Position numbers and translations under genes: made by a program. From contig CBDAFS010000032.1 of the NCBI GenBank assembly GCA_965195285.1, positions 1 to 34,594 of the forward strand: 34,594 nt of DNA. The letters are read 5' to 3'. The notes beneath the pieces are model-generated. The model had not been told where the DNA came from, did not search any database, and worked only from the letters and a program-made list of their open reading frames with translations. Of the stretch, positions 1-8,353 are shown in pieces (position 1 is the stretch's first letter; each line of letters begins with the position of its first letter). The stretch comes from an uncultured Aminicenantes bacterium (lineage in GTDB: Bacteria; Acidobacteriota; Aminicenantia; UBA2199).

Positions 1-531
1 GTTGGTACTGGTGTAACCGGTACACCAACCAGCGGCACCCAATCTTACACCGAAGGCGCGACGGTAACCTATAGCTATTCGCTGGAGAGCGGGTATACCA
101 ACCTGGTGGTAACTCTTGACGGATCCCCGGTCTCTCCCAGCGGCACCATAACCGTTTCGGGCAACCGTAACTTAAGCGCAACCGCCGAGCCTGAGACCGG
201 CTTCGACATCCGCGGCAAGTGGACCGGGTACTTATACTGGGCGCAAGGTCATCCTCCTGTTGCGATAATTGATGTCTTTTTGACTGTTACCTTTGAGGGG
301 GGGCTGGAATCGGGCATTACCACAGCAAGAATGGATTATTCCTGGGGCTGGACTCACGGGACCTATTCCGTTGAGGGCAACCAGGTCAAATTTTACTTTG
401 GATTGTACCAGAGCTCTGTTCTTATACGATTCGGCGGTACTGTTGAAAATGACAACCTGATGCGCGGCTGGCATGAAACCAGTAATGACGTTGATTGGCG
501 CCGAGATGGCTGGATGCTGGAGAGGCAATAG
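1..531 (+). CDS. 5'-truncated (window edge) surface/lipoprotein, paralog of 24543..25169
   Basis: Frame 1 is open from base 1 (VGTGVTGTPTSGTQSYTEGATVTYSYSLESGYTNLVVTLD...) into the listed 106..531 ORF. It shares GTP..GT..VTY.YS..SGY.NL.VTLD..SGTIT.SGN, DIRG.WTG and a C-terminal W.LER with the 24543 protein. Confidence 0.85.
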   Translation, partial: VGTGVTGTPTSGTQSYTEGATVTYSYSLESGYTNLVVTLDGSPVSPSGTITVSGNRNLSATAEPETGFDIRGKWTGYLYWAQGHPPVAIIDVFLTVTFEGGLESGITTARMDYSWGWTHGTYSVEGNQVKFYFGLYQSSVLIRFGGTVENDNLMRGWHETSNDVDWRRDGWMLERQ

Positions 532-571
532 TAATTAATAAATTAGAGCCATCCCCTTTTTGTGCACTAAT

Positions 572-1276
572 CTAAAGTCCCAAAAAGATCATGGCGCCGC
601 CGCTAAGGGCAATGATGGCTCCTCCCAGAGCGTGGGCATAGCGTTCGAAAAAGGCAAACCGGACCTGTTTCAGGCCGAAGTAGGCCAGGCTGACCATCAC
701 GCTCATGGTGGCGATGGTGGCCAGGCTGAAGGCCATGACCACCAGGATTACCCCGCCGGTATTGAGCTTGGCAGCCGGGTACATGAGGACAGGGATGAGG
801 GGCTCGCAGGGCCCCAGCACAAAGATGATAAACAGCCACCAGAACGTGGTGTTTTTTTTCTGATGGACATGGGTGTGGTTCCTTTCGTGATCATGACTGT
901 GTTCGTGTACAATGCCGTCCAGGTGAGCGTGGGAATGGGAGTGGATCTTGCCCTTGATTCCCCTCCTGATGCCCCAGGACATGTAGGCCAGGCCGAATCC
1001 TAACAGCAGGTAGCTGGCAACATCCCCCCGTATGCCTTCCAATCCCTGGATCCGGGAAATGGCCACCCCGGCCGCGATGCCGATCATGCCGATGACAACC
1101 GAGCTCAGTACATGTCCCACACCGCAGATGACCGTAATCAACAGGGTTTTGGGATAGGGCCAGTTCCGGGCCCGGGACAGGGCAATAAAGGGCAGGTAAT
1201 GATCCGGCCCGATCAGGGTGTGGATGAAACCGATGGAAAAGGCGGTGGTGATTAAGATTCCGATTTCAGTATTCAT
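572..1276 (-). CDS. Ni/Co permease-like membrane protein (UreH/SodT/RcnA-type, TauE-like fold)
   Basis: About 6 hydrophobic segments, an HTLIGPDH motif in TM1, a central His-rich loop (HSHSHAHLDGIVHEHSHDHERNHTHVH) and a GPCEP motif. AAGGA RBS upstream. Confidence 0.8.
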   Translation of the reverse strand: MNTEIGILITTAFSIGFIHTLIGPDHYLPFIALSRARNWPYPKTLLITVICGVGHVLSSVVIGMIGIAAGVAISRIQGLEGIRGDVASYLLLGFGLAYMSWGIRRGIKGKIHSHSHAHLDGIVHEHSHDHERNHTHVHQKKNTTFWWLFIIFVLGPCEPLIPVLMYPAAKLNTGGVILVVMAFSLATIATMSVMVSLAYFGLKQVRFAFFERYAHALGGAIIALSGGAMIFLGL

Positions 1277-1306
1277 GGGTTTTTTCCTTGAAAATGCTCT
1301 GGGTGG

Positions 1307-1335
1307 ATTATAGGATTAAAAAGGGAGAAAATCAA
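1307..1335 (-). promoter_or_regulatory. sigma70-type promoter for the Ni/Co permease
   Basis: Minus strand TTGATT-17 bp-TATAAT, ending 30 bp upstream of the ATG at 1276. Confidence 0.6.
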
Positions 1336-1339
1336 GTTT

Positions 1340-1364
1340 GAACATAGAACCTTGAACCGGGAAC
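1340..1364. repeat. four GAAC units at exact 7-bp period
   Basis: GAAC at 1340, 1347, 1354 and 1361 (gaacata gaacctt gaaccgg gaac), between two divergent -35 boxes. Confidence 0.6.
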
Positions 1365-1374
1365 ATTGATTTTA

Positions 1375-1403
1375 TTGACATTTCCCCGGGGCTGTGATAA
1401 TTT
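1375..1403 (+). promoter_or_regulatory. sigma70-type promoter for the hypothetical-GT4-thiI operon
   Basis: TTGACA at 1375-1380, followed by TAATTT at 17-bp spacing or TGn-GATAAT at 15-bp spacing. Confidence 0.5.
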
Positions 1404-1432
1404 TCCTTTACACCTTGATAAAGGAGTTTTTA

Positions 1433-2002
1433 ATGCCCGAACAAAATAATCAAACCAGTGATGATTTCATATCCGCCAGTAAAGATATCGATGTCCAGGC
1501 CATCATGGAGGCCATTAAAAAAAAGATCGAAGAAAAAAAGAAGTCCGGAATTCTCAAACAGAGTGATATCGATGATATCAACGAAATGGAGCTACTGCCC
1601 ATGCCCGATTTTCAGGAAGTTCCTCATGTGTATGAGGACCATTTGTTTTCCCGGAAACTGGAGGAAAACCTGATTCTGGGTTATGAAGTTGAGCAAGAGC
1701 GCAGCGGCCTTTTCGGGATTGTCAAGAAAACCATGCAAAAAATACGCAGGCTGTTTCTCCCCCTGATCCGGTTTGCCATACGCCCGGCCCTCAATGATAT
1801 GGCCCGGATATACGGGGAAAATATATTCAAGAGTAAGGAGTACATCCGCATACTCCACAATGCGCTGACCAACATGATTGTGGAATCATCCAAGCTGAAG
1901 ATCGAAGAGGAAATACTCAAGACCAAAATCAAAGTTCTGGAAGACAAAATGGAATTTCTGGAGAACCGGGAACGGGCCATAGAGAAGAAAGTGTTTCAAT
2001 AA
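1433..2002 (+). CDS. hypothetical coiled-coil protein, coupled to a glycosyltransferase
   Basis: AAGGAG RBS at 1421 favours ATG 1433 over GTG 1394. Charged helical C-terminus. The stop overlaps the next ATG. Confidence 0.75.
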   Translation: MPEQNNQTSDDFISASKDIDVQAIMEAIKKKIEEKKKSGILKQSDIDDINEMELLPMPDFQEVPHVYEDHLFSRKLEENLILGYEVEQERSGLFGIVKKTMQKIRRLFLPLIRFAIRPALNDMARIYGENIFKSKEYIRILHNALTNMIVESSKLKIEEEILKTKIKVLEDKMEFLENRERAIEKKVFQ

Positions 2003-3063
2003 TGCAGATCCATCAGTTTTTGACTTCCTATTCCTACGGTGATGCCATTGGTAACGAGGCTTTTGAAATCCGGGAGTACCTGAGGAAACAGGGGTATGAA
2101 TCGGATATATTTGCCCTCCATTATCATCCCCGCTTTGCCAACCAGATCATTAATTACCTGGAGTATGACCGGTTTTCCCGCCCTGAAAATATTGTCATCT
2201 TTCATTTTTCCATTGGATCGGCCGTTACCCGGAAGTTTCTCCGGGTAACGGACAGAAAGGTCATTATCTATCACAACATCACCCCTTTTCACTTTTTTCT
2301 GGATTATCACCGAATCCTGGCCAAGGACTGCTACAAGGGTAGGGTGGAACTCAAGACCCTGGTAGATAAGGTGGATCTGGCCCTGGGGGATTCACACTAC
2401 AACGAACAGGAGATGAAAGAACTGGGATTCCCCCGGACCGGAGTGCTGCCCCTGGTCATGAATTTCTCCAAATTCCAGGCCCCGGTTACTCCCATCCTGA
2501 AGGAATTGTTCGATGATGGCAAGACCAATATCCTGTATGTGGGCCGGATCATTCCCAATAAAAGGGTGGAAGATGTTTTAAGGATCTTTCACCTCTATCA
2601 AACCCATTTCAATCCCGATTCAAGGTTATTCATAATCGGCGAATACCGTGGTTTTGAACGCTACCTGACCGCCCTGCAAAAAATGGTAACCAGCCTGAAA
2701 ACCCGGAATATCCATTTTTCCGGTCATATTCCCGAAGACGAGCTGGTATCCTATTACAAGCTTTCCCAGATATATTTGCATATGAGTGAGCATGAGGGAT
2801 TCTGTGCCCCGCTGCCTGAAAGTTTTTATTTGAATATTCCGGTGGTGGCCTTTGATGGGGGCGCGGTCCGGGAGACCATGGGACAGGGCGGTATGCTGGT
2901 TACCCGGAAAAACCTGCTGGGGATTGCCGGCTTGATCGATTGTATTCTGTCTGACCGGACCCTGAAAGAGAAGCTGATTGCCTCCCAGCAAAAGGAACTG
3001 GCCAAATATCAGCAAAACCGGACCGGCCAGATACTGCTGGACTACCTGAAGAAGATCCCGTGA
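2002..3063 (+). CDS. glycosyltransferase family 4 (GT-B)
   Basis: YVGRIIPNKR and SEHEGFCAPLPES (E-x7-E) GT4 motifs. Confidence 0.9.
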   Translation: MQIHQFLTSYSYGDAIGNEAFEIREYLRKQGYESDIFALHYHPRFANQIINYLEYDRFSRPENIVIFHFSIGSAVTRKFLRVTDRKVIIYHNITPFHFFLDYHRILAKDCYKGRVELKTLVDKVDLALGDSHYNEQEMKELGFPRTGVLPLVMNFSKFQAPVTPILKELFDDGKTNILYVGRIIPNKRVEDVLRIFHLYQTHFNPDSRLFIIGEYRGFERYLTALQKMVTSLKTRNIHFSGHIPEDELVSYYKLSQIYLHMSEHEGFCAPLPESFYLNIPVVAFDGGAVRETMGQGGMLVTRKNLLGIAGLIDCILSDRTLKEKLIASQQKELAKYQQNRTGQILLDYLKKIP

Positions 3064-4163
3064 ATTTCAATTCGATTATTGTTCGCTATGGTGAGATCAG
3101 CCTCAAAGGCAAGAACCGGATCCATTTTGAACGCCTACTAAAAACCAGCCTGGAATCTTCTCTTGACCTGGAGAGATGCAAATTTTCCCAGGTAATTTTG
3201 AAGAGGGGGCGGATCTATATCAGGGGAATTGATACCCTTCCGCGGTTGGAAAGAGTCCTGGGGGTTTATTCCTTTAGCCCGGCCCTGGAGATCGGTAAAA
3301 GCATGTCCGGGCTGAAGCAATCGGTTCTGCAGATGGTTCCCCTTATCCGGCAGTCCGCTTCCTTCCGGGTGAGTTGTCAGAGAACGGATAAGCGCTTCAA
3401 GTACGATTCGCTCCAGATTGAAAAGATGATTGGAGAAATTCTTCTCCGGGAGAGCCGGACCCCGGTGAACCTGGAAAATCCGGAGGTTCATTGTTACATT
3501 GAAATTGGGGAAGATTACATCTATCTGTTTTCCGAGAAAATAAGGGGATTTGGTGGTTTTCCCTACGGGGTTTCCGGTAAACTGGTCTCCCTGGTTAGCT
3601 CGGGGATCGATTCCCCGGTGGCCACATTCCTGATGATGAAGCGGGGGGTTGAGCCTATCCTGGTCCACTTCCAGGTCAGTCAGAGTGATGCCCATAAGGT
3701 GTTGAAGTTAAAAGCACAACTCGAGGTGTTTTCCTCTGGAAAGGAGATCAAGCTGCATCTGGTTGACCGGAATGAACTGTTCCAGGGAAATTTTCAAAGG
3801 CTTTATGACCACCCTCGCTACCATTCTTACATGTGCGTATTATGCAAATTCCTGATGCATAAGAAAGCGGGTGAAATTGCCAGAGGGGAGAAGGCTTGGG
3901 GACTGATTACCGGAGACAACCTGGCCCAGGTGGCTTCCCAGACCCTCAAGAATCTCCATGCCTACCACACCACTTCCGGCCTGCCGGTTTACAGTCCGCT
4001 GATCGGATTTGAAAAGCAGGATACCATCCGGCTGGCCCGGGAAATCGGAACCTATGAGATATCAATATTGAAATCAACCGGCTGTACGCCCCCGGCCACC
4101 CCGAAAACCGGGGTATCCAAGTATATTTTTCAGAATATACTGAAAGAAACCGGATTGGGATGA
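3060..4163 (+). CDS. thiI: tRNA 4-thiouridine(8) synthase ThiI (THUMP + PP-loop, no rhodanese domain)
   Basis: VRYGEISLKGKNR N-terminus, THUMP region, SSGIDSPVA PP-loop, GDNLAQVASQTLKNL and CVLC...GC cysteines. Confidence 0.93.
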   Translation: MNFNSIIVRYGEISLKGKNRIHFERLLKTSLESSLDLERCKFSQVILKRGRIYIRGIDTLPRLERVLGVYSFSPALEIGKSMSGLKQSVLQMVPLIRQSASFRVSCQRTDKRFKYDSLQIEKMIGEILLRESRTPVNLENPEVHCYIEIGEDYIYLFSEKIRGFGGFPYGVSGKLVSLVSSGIDSPVATFLMMKRGVEPILVHFQVSQSDAHKVLKLKAQLEVFSSGKEIKLHLVDRNELFQGNFQRLYDHPRYHSYMCVLCKFLMHKKAGEIARGEKAWGLITGDNLAQVASQTLKNLHAYHTTSGLPVYSPLIGFEKQDTIRLAREIGTYEISILKSTGCTPPATPKTGVSKYIFQNILKETGLG

Positions 4164-4168
4164 TGTAA

Positions 4169-4720
4169 TTAGTAGTTTCTGAAAAAATCCAGACGCTTGG
4201 TTCCGATTTTCTGGGTCCGGTAACAGTGAAAATATTTGGCCTGGAATTTTAAATGACTGGGCCTCTCCAGGACAATGATGCCTTCCGGTTTGAGTACCTT
4301 TCTCTTAAAAATAACCTTCAGGGGATTGGCATATTCCAGCAGCTGGTAGGGTGGATCCAGGAAGATAATATCAAACACAAATTGTTCCTTGCTCAGGTGG
4401 ATAATGCTGCGGTTGTAATCACCCTTTATAATCCGATAAAAATCCGATGGAATACCAATTTTCTCAATGTTGTGCCTGAGTAGCTGGATGGATTCTTTGA
4501 GACTATCGATAAAAATAACGTACTCGGCCCCTCTGGAAAGGGCTTCAATCCCGATATTACCGCTGCCGGCAAAACCATCCAGGAATATCTTTTCCCTCAT
4601 CTGATCCTGGAGTATATCAAAAAATGAAAGCTTGACCTTGGCAGTGGTGGGCCGGACCCCCGGATCAGAGGCGGATTTCAACCGCCTTCCCTTGTAAATT
4701 CCCGAATGAATTCTGAGCAT
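4169..4720 (-). CDS. rsmD: 16S rRNA m2G966 methyltransferase RsmD
   Basis: MLRIHSGIYKGRRL, VRPTT, LDGFAGSGNIGIEALSRGA and FLDPPY motifs. ATG 4720 is preferred over TTG 4735. Confidence 0.93.
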   Translation of the reverse strand: MLRIHSGIYKGRRLKSASDPGVRPTTAKVKLSFFDILQDQMREKIFLDGFAGSGNIGIEALSRGAEYVIFIDSLKESIQLLRHNIEKIGIPSDFYRIIKGDYNRSIIHLSKEQFVFDIIFLDPPYQLLEYANPLKVIFKRKVLKPEGIIVLERPSHLKFQAKYFHCYRTQKIGTKRLDFFRNY

Positions 4721-4726
4721 GACTAC

Positions 4727-4755
4727 AGCATACAATGTTGGGGTCCAACAGTCAA
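4727..4755 (-). promoter_or_regulatory. promoter for leaderless rsmD
   Basis: Minus strand TTGACT-17-TATGCT, then 6 nt, then ATG 4720. No SD. Confidence 0.6.
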
Positions 4756-4769
4756 CAACAGGTATTGAC

Positions 4770-4798
4770 TTGACGGGGAAGCCGATAATATATACAAT
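4770..4798 (+). promoter_or_regulatory. promoter for leaderless prfB
   Basis: TTGACG-17-TACAAT, then 6 nt, then ATG 4805. No SD. Confidence 0.65.
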
Positions 4799-4804
4799 AC
4801 GGTA

Positions 4805-5900
4805 ATGGAACCGCTTGAACTCAAAAATCAGTTTGAGACCCTGAAAAAAAAGGCCATTGATTTACGGGGGTATCTTTGATCTTGAAGCCAAATCGAAGCG
4901 GTTGGAAGAGATTGAAACTCAATTGAGTGATGCGGAGATGTGGAACAATCCTCAAAAATCCACAGGTTTGTTAAAAGAGAAAAAGCGGCTGGAAAATAAG
5001 CTTGAGCTGGATAAGCGCTTTGATCGGGATATTCAGGAAATTGAAACTTATTTTTTATTGCTGGAGGAAGATCCCGGCCTGATTGATGAACTGCAGGATG
5101 AGCTCCAGAACTTTTCCCGGTTTATTGAGCAGCAGGAGATAAAAAATTACCTGAGTGGTGAATGTGATACGGATAACGCTTTCCTGAGTATTCATCCGGG
5201 AGCCGGAGGTACGGAAAGCCAGGACTGGGCCGAGATGCTGCTGCGGATGTATCTCCGGTTCGGGGAACGAATGGGATTTAGATGTCAGATCGTTGATGTC
5301 CTGGCCGGGGAAGAAGCGGGTATCAAAAGCGTTACGATTCGAATCGAAGGTGAATTTGCCTACGGATATATGAAACAGGAGATTGGGGTTCACCGGCTGG
5401 TCAGAATTTCACCCTTTGATGCCAACAAGCGACGCCATACATCGTTTGCTGCGGTATTTGTCTACCCGGAAGTAACGGACTCCATTGATATCCAGATTGA
5501 TACCAAGGATTTAAGAATCGATACCTATAAGGCCTCGGGCAAGGGAGGTCAACACGTCAATACCACTGATTCGGCTGTTCGCATTACCCATATTCCCACC
5601 AATATCGTGGCCCAGTGTCAGAGTGAGCGGTCGCAGCACCAGAATCGGGATAGGGCCATGAAAATATTGAAATCCAGGATGTACGATCTTGAACTGAGAA
5701 ACAAAATGAAAGAAAAGAATAAAATGGAAAACCAGAAGGGGGAGATTGCCTGGGGAAATCAGATAAGATCCTATGTGCTTCACCCCTATCAGAATATTAA
5801 GGACCACCGCAGCGGTTTGGAGCGGGGCAACAGCCAGAAGGTCCTGGATGGCGACATTTTTCAATTTATAAAAGCCACACTCAAGCAAAAAAAAAAATAA
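4805..5900 (+). CDS. prfB: peptide chain release factor 2, with programmed +1 frameshift
   Basis: ATG 4805 gives MEPLELKNQFETLKKKAIDLRGYL then TGA (4877-4879). The +1 frame continues DLEAKS... with the SPF (RISPFD) and GGQ motifs. Confidence 0.96.
4866..4880 (+). promoter_or_regulatory. prfB autoregulatory +1 frameshift cassette
   Basis: GGGGG-TAT-CTT-TGA-T: an internal SD-like run, then the slippery CTT-T and an in-frame UGA. Confidence 0.93.
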
Positions 5901-5933
5901 AGATCGGGGAGTAATTTTTTTTTCGGATTAAGA

Positions 5934-8279
5934 ATGAAGGACATTTTTTCACCCATTTTTTTTGGCGGATTGATGGCTCTGGGATTGCTCCATTGGCTGA
6001 ATCCCCATCATGAAATCCTGGCTGTACTGGTTCTACCGGTTTTTGTAACCGCTCTGGTTCTGTATGCCCTGAAAAAGCTCAATGGGGCTTATGTATTCCT
6101 GGTTCTGTCCTTTATCTTACTGCTGGGTAATTTTTTCTTGGAACGGAAAGCTCATTTCACCCTTCAGTCCGGTTTTCCCATTCCCGGAGATCAATACATC
6201 TCTATCCGGGGAAAACTAATGGATTATCCGGATATCCGAAACAGGTATTCGGTCATTTATGTTCGAACCCGGTCTCTGGAATTCGGACAGAAACGAATTC
6301 AAAGATCCTTTAATATTCGGGTTAAAGTAGTGGGGAATCTCCAGCACTTTTTTCGCGGAGATGAAATTGTAGTTCAAGCCCGAATTTTTCAAAACCGTTA
6401 CAATGAGAATTTTGCTGATTCCCCCTTCAGGAATTACAACTTTTACCGAGACATACACTTCAACGGGTATTGTAAATCATTGCTGCTGGTCAGGCGGATA
6501 TCCAGGGCCGGTCCGATATGGACAGTAATCGGGAAGTGGCGCAATCAACTGAGAGGCATTGTTGAAAAAAAGTGGTTAGATACAGCGGGTGGCCTGGACA
6601 GAAGGGGCGTTTTTCTGGAGGCCATTCTGTTAGGGGAACGGGGCCGGATGACTTCCGGGCAAAAGGAATCACTGTTGAGTTCCGGAATATTTCATTTGTT
6701 TGCCATCTCCGGCGCCCATATCGGAATCATGGCCATTCTGTCCCTTTTATTTTTAAAAATGTTGAAATTCAGCCTCCGGTCCAGAATCATCTTAACCATT
6801 TTCATATTGATTTTATTTCTGGCCTTATCCGGATTTAAAATATCGGCCCAGCGGGCGGTTCTGATGGCCATATTCATATTCATGGCCAGAGTGTTTCATC
6901 TCCGTACCCGTGCTGTTGGAATCATCTCGGTTTCCGGATTGATCATATTGTTCGTTAATCCGGCTGAAATTCTGGACCCGGGTTTCATTTTAACCTTTGC
7001 CCTGACCCTGTTTATTGTGATTGGTAGAGGGGTCTTTTCCGATTTGTTTCGGTATGTTCCCAGATACCTGGGTGAATTTATATCTGCCAATCTCTCCGCC
7101 TCGCTCATCTCTTTGCCATTATCACTCTTTTTTTTCAAACGCTACTCCCTGGCCGGATTCCTGGCCGGTCTGGTGCTCCTGCCCCTGACTGCGGTTATTA
7201 TTGGTTTCGGACTGGCATCCATGCTGCTGGCCCCTTTCTGGACTGCAGGAGCCACTGTATTTCTGCATATTAATAATATCCCTCTCAGCCTATTTTTTCA
7301 GGTGGTTGATTTTTTCTCGGAAACGGTCCGTTTGAATGTATTCAGACCATCACCTGCCCTGCCCTGGGTGGTGTTCATTTTGTTATTATTCTGGGCTATG
7401 GGATTCAGAAAGCGATTTCCTGGACAGAAGCCACTGATTTTTATCTGCCTGTTGGTTTGCCTGTCGGTTATTCTGTCACCCTTTCCCCGTTATTGTCCCG
7501 AAAATCTTGAAGTGTATTTTTTTGATGTGGGCCAGGGGGATTCGGCATTAGCCGTATTTCCCACCGGTCAATCCTTGCTCATTGATGGGGGGGGAAGTTA
7601 TTATTCTGATTTTGAGGTTGGGAAAAACCTGGTGTTGCCTTTTCTCTTGCAGAAAAGGATCAAGGTCGACTGGGTGGCGGTTTCCCATTTTCATCCAGAC
7701 CATTGCCAGGGAATTGTCGAGATGATGAAGATTGTCCGCCCCCGTGAGTTGTGGATCTCATCCGAGGCCAGGGAAGATCCCTGTTTTAAGCGGTTGATGA
7801 GTTGCTTGGGTAAGGGAGTAAAGATCAAAAGGATTCGGGCTCCCTTTCATAAAAAAGTTGGAGATTGTGAAATCCGATTCCTTTCACCCCCTGTTTTTAG
7901 GATCTATGACCATACCCATAACAATCATTCCCAGGTAATTCGAATTTCAGATCCTTTCCATTCTTTTCTCTTTACAGGGGATATTGAAAAAATAGCGGAG
8001 TTGTCGCTGGTAGAAAATTCCTGCACCCGGCTTCGGTCTACAGTGATCAAGATTCCCCATCATGGTTCCCGGACATCATCCTCTGCTGAATTTCTCCGTT
8101 GTGTCGATCCCCGAATAGCACTGTTTTCATTTGCTCAGAACAACCGGTTTCAGTTTCCGCACCGGTCGGTTTTGGAAAGATTGAAGCGGATGCAAATCAA
8201 ATGGCTGTCAACTGCCTACCACGGAGGGGTTCGATTCAAATCCGGCCGGAAGGGGCTCAGGGTGACGGTGACCAGATAA
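5934..8279 (+). CDS. comEC: DNA uptake protein ComEC/Rec2 (OB + competence + metallo-beta-lactamase domains)
   Basis: HLFAISGAHIG competence motif, many TM helices, FDVGQGDS, SHFHPDH, FTGDIE and HHGS motifs. Confidence 0.95.
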   Translation: MKDIFSPIFFGGLMALGLLHWLNPHHEILAVLVLPVFVTALVLYALKKLNGAYVFLVLSFILLLGNFFLERKAHFTLQSGFPIPGDQYISIRGKLMDYPDIRNRYSVIYVRTRSLEFGQKRIQRSFNIRVKVVGNLQHFFRGDEIVVQARIFQNRYNENFADSPFRNYNFYRDIHFNGYCKSLLLVRRISRAGPIWTVIGKWRNQLRGIVEKKWLDTAGGLDRRGVFLEAILLGERGRMTSGQKESLLSSGIFHLFAISGAHIGIMAILSLLFLKMLKFSLRSRIILTIFILILFLALSGFKISAQRAVLMAIFIFMARVFHLRTRAVGIISVSGLIILFVNPAEILDPGFILTFALTLFIVIGRGVFSDLFRYVPRYLGEFISANLSASLISLPLSLFFFKRYSLAGFLAGLVLLPLTAVIIGFGLASMLLAPFWTAGATVFLHINNIPLSLFFQVVDFFSETVRLNVFRPSPALPWVVFILLLFWAMGFRKRFPGQKPLIFICLLVCLSVILSPFPRYCPENLEVYFFDVGQGDSALAVFPTGQSLLIDGGGSYYSDFEVGKNLVLPFLLQKRIKVDWVAVSHFHPDHCQGIVEMMKIVRPRELWISSEAREDPCFKRLMSCLGKGVKIKRIRAPFHKKVGDCEIRFLSPPVFRIYDHTHNNHSQVIRISDPFHSFLFTGDIEKIAELSLVENSCTRLRSTVIKIPHHGSRTSSSAEFLRCVDPRIALFSFAQNNRFQFPHRSVLERLKRMQIKWLSTAYHGGVRFKSGRKGLRVTVTR

Positions 8280-8318
8280 TGGTTTTGACCGACAGGCCCG
8301 GTCAGACCTTGAATCCGC

Positions 8319-8347
8319 TTGATTTTTCCCCTGATTTCTTATATCAT
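8319..8347 (+). promoter_or_regulatory. promoter for the leaderless S55 peptidase gene
   Basis: TTGATT-17-TATCAT, then 6 nt, then ATG 8354. No SD. Confidence 0.55.
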
Positions 8348-8353
8348 AAGCTG

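Noticed and set aside
4857-4876. TTG 4857 as the prfB start
   Set aside because: An artefact of the +1 frame. The real N-terminus starts at ATG 4805.
8281-8308. Hairpin TGACCG/CGGTCA after comEC as an intrinsic terminator
   Set aside because: Short stem and no U-tract, so unsupported.
8099-8353. 85-aa N-terminal extension of the S55 protein
   Set aside because: It overlaps comEC. The signal peptide and promoter geometry point to ATG 8354.
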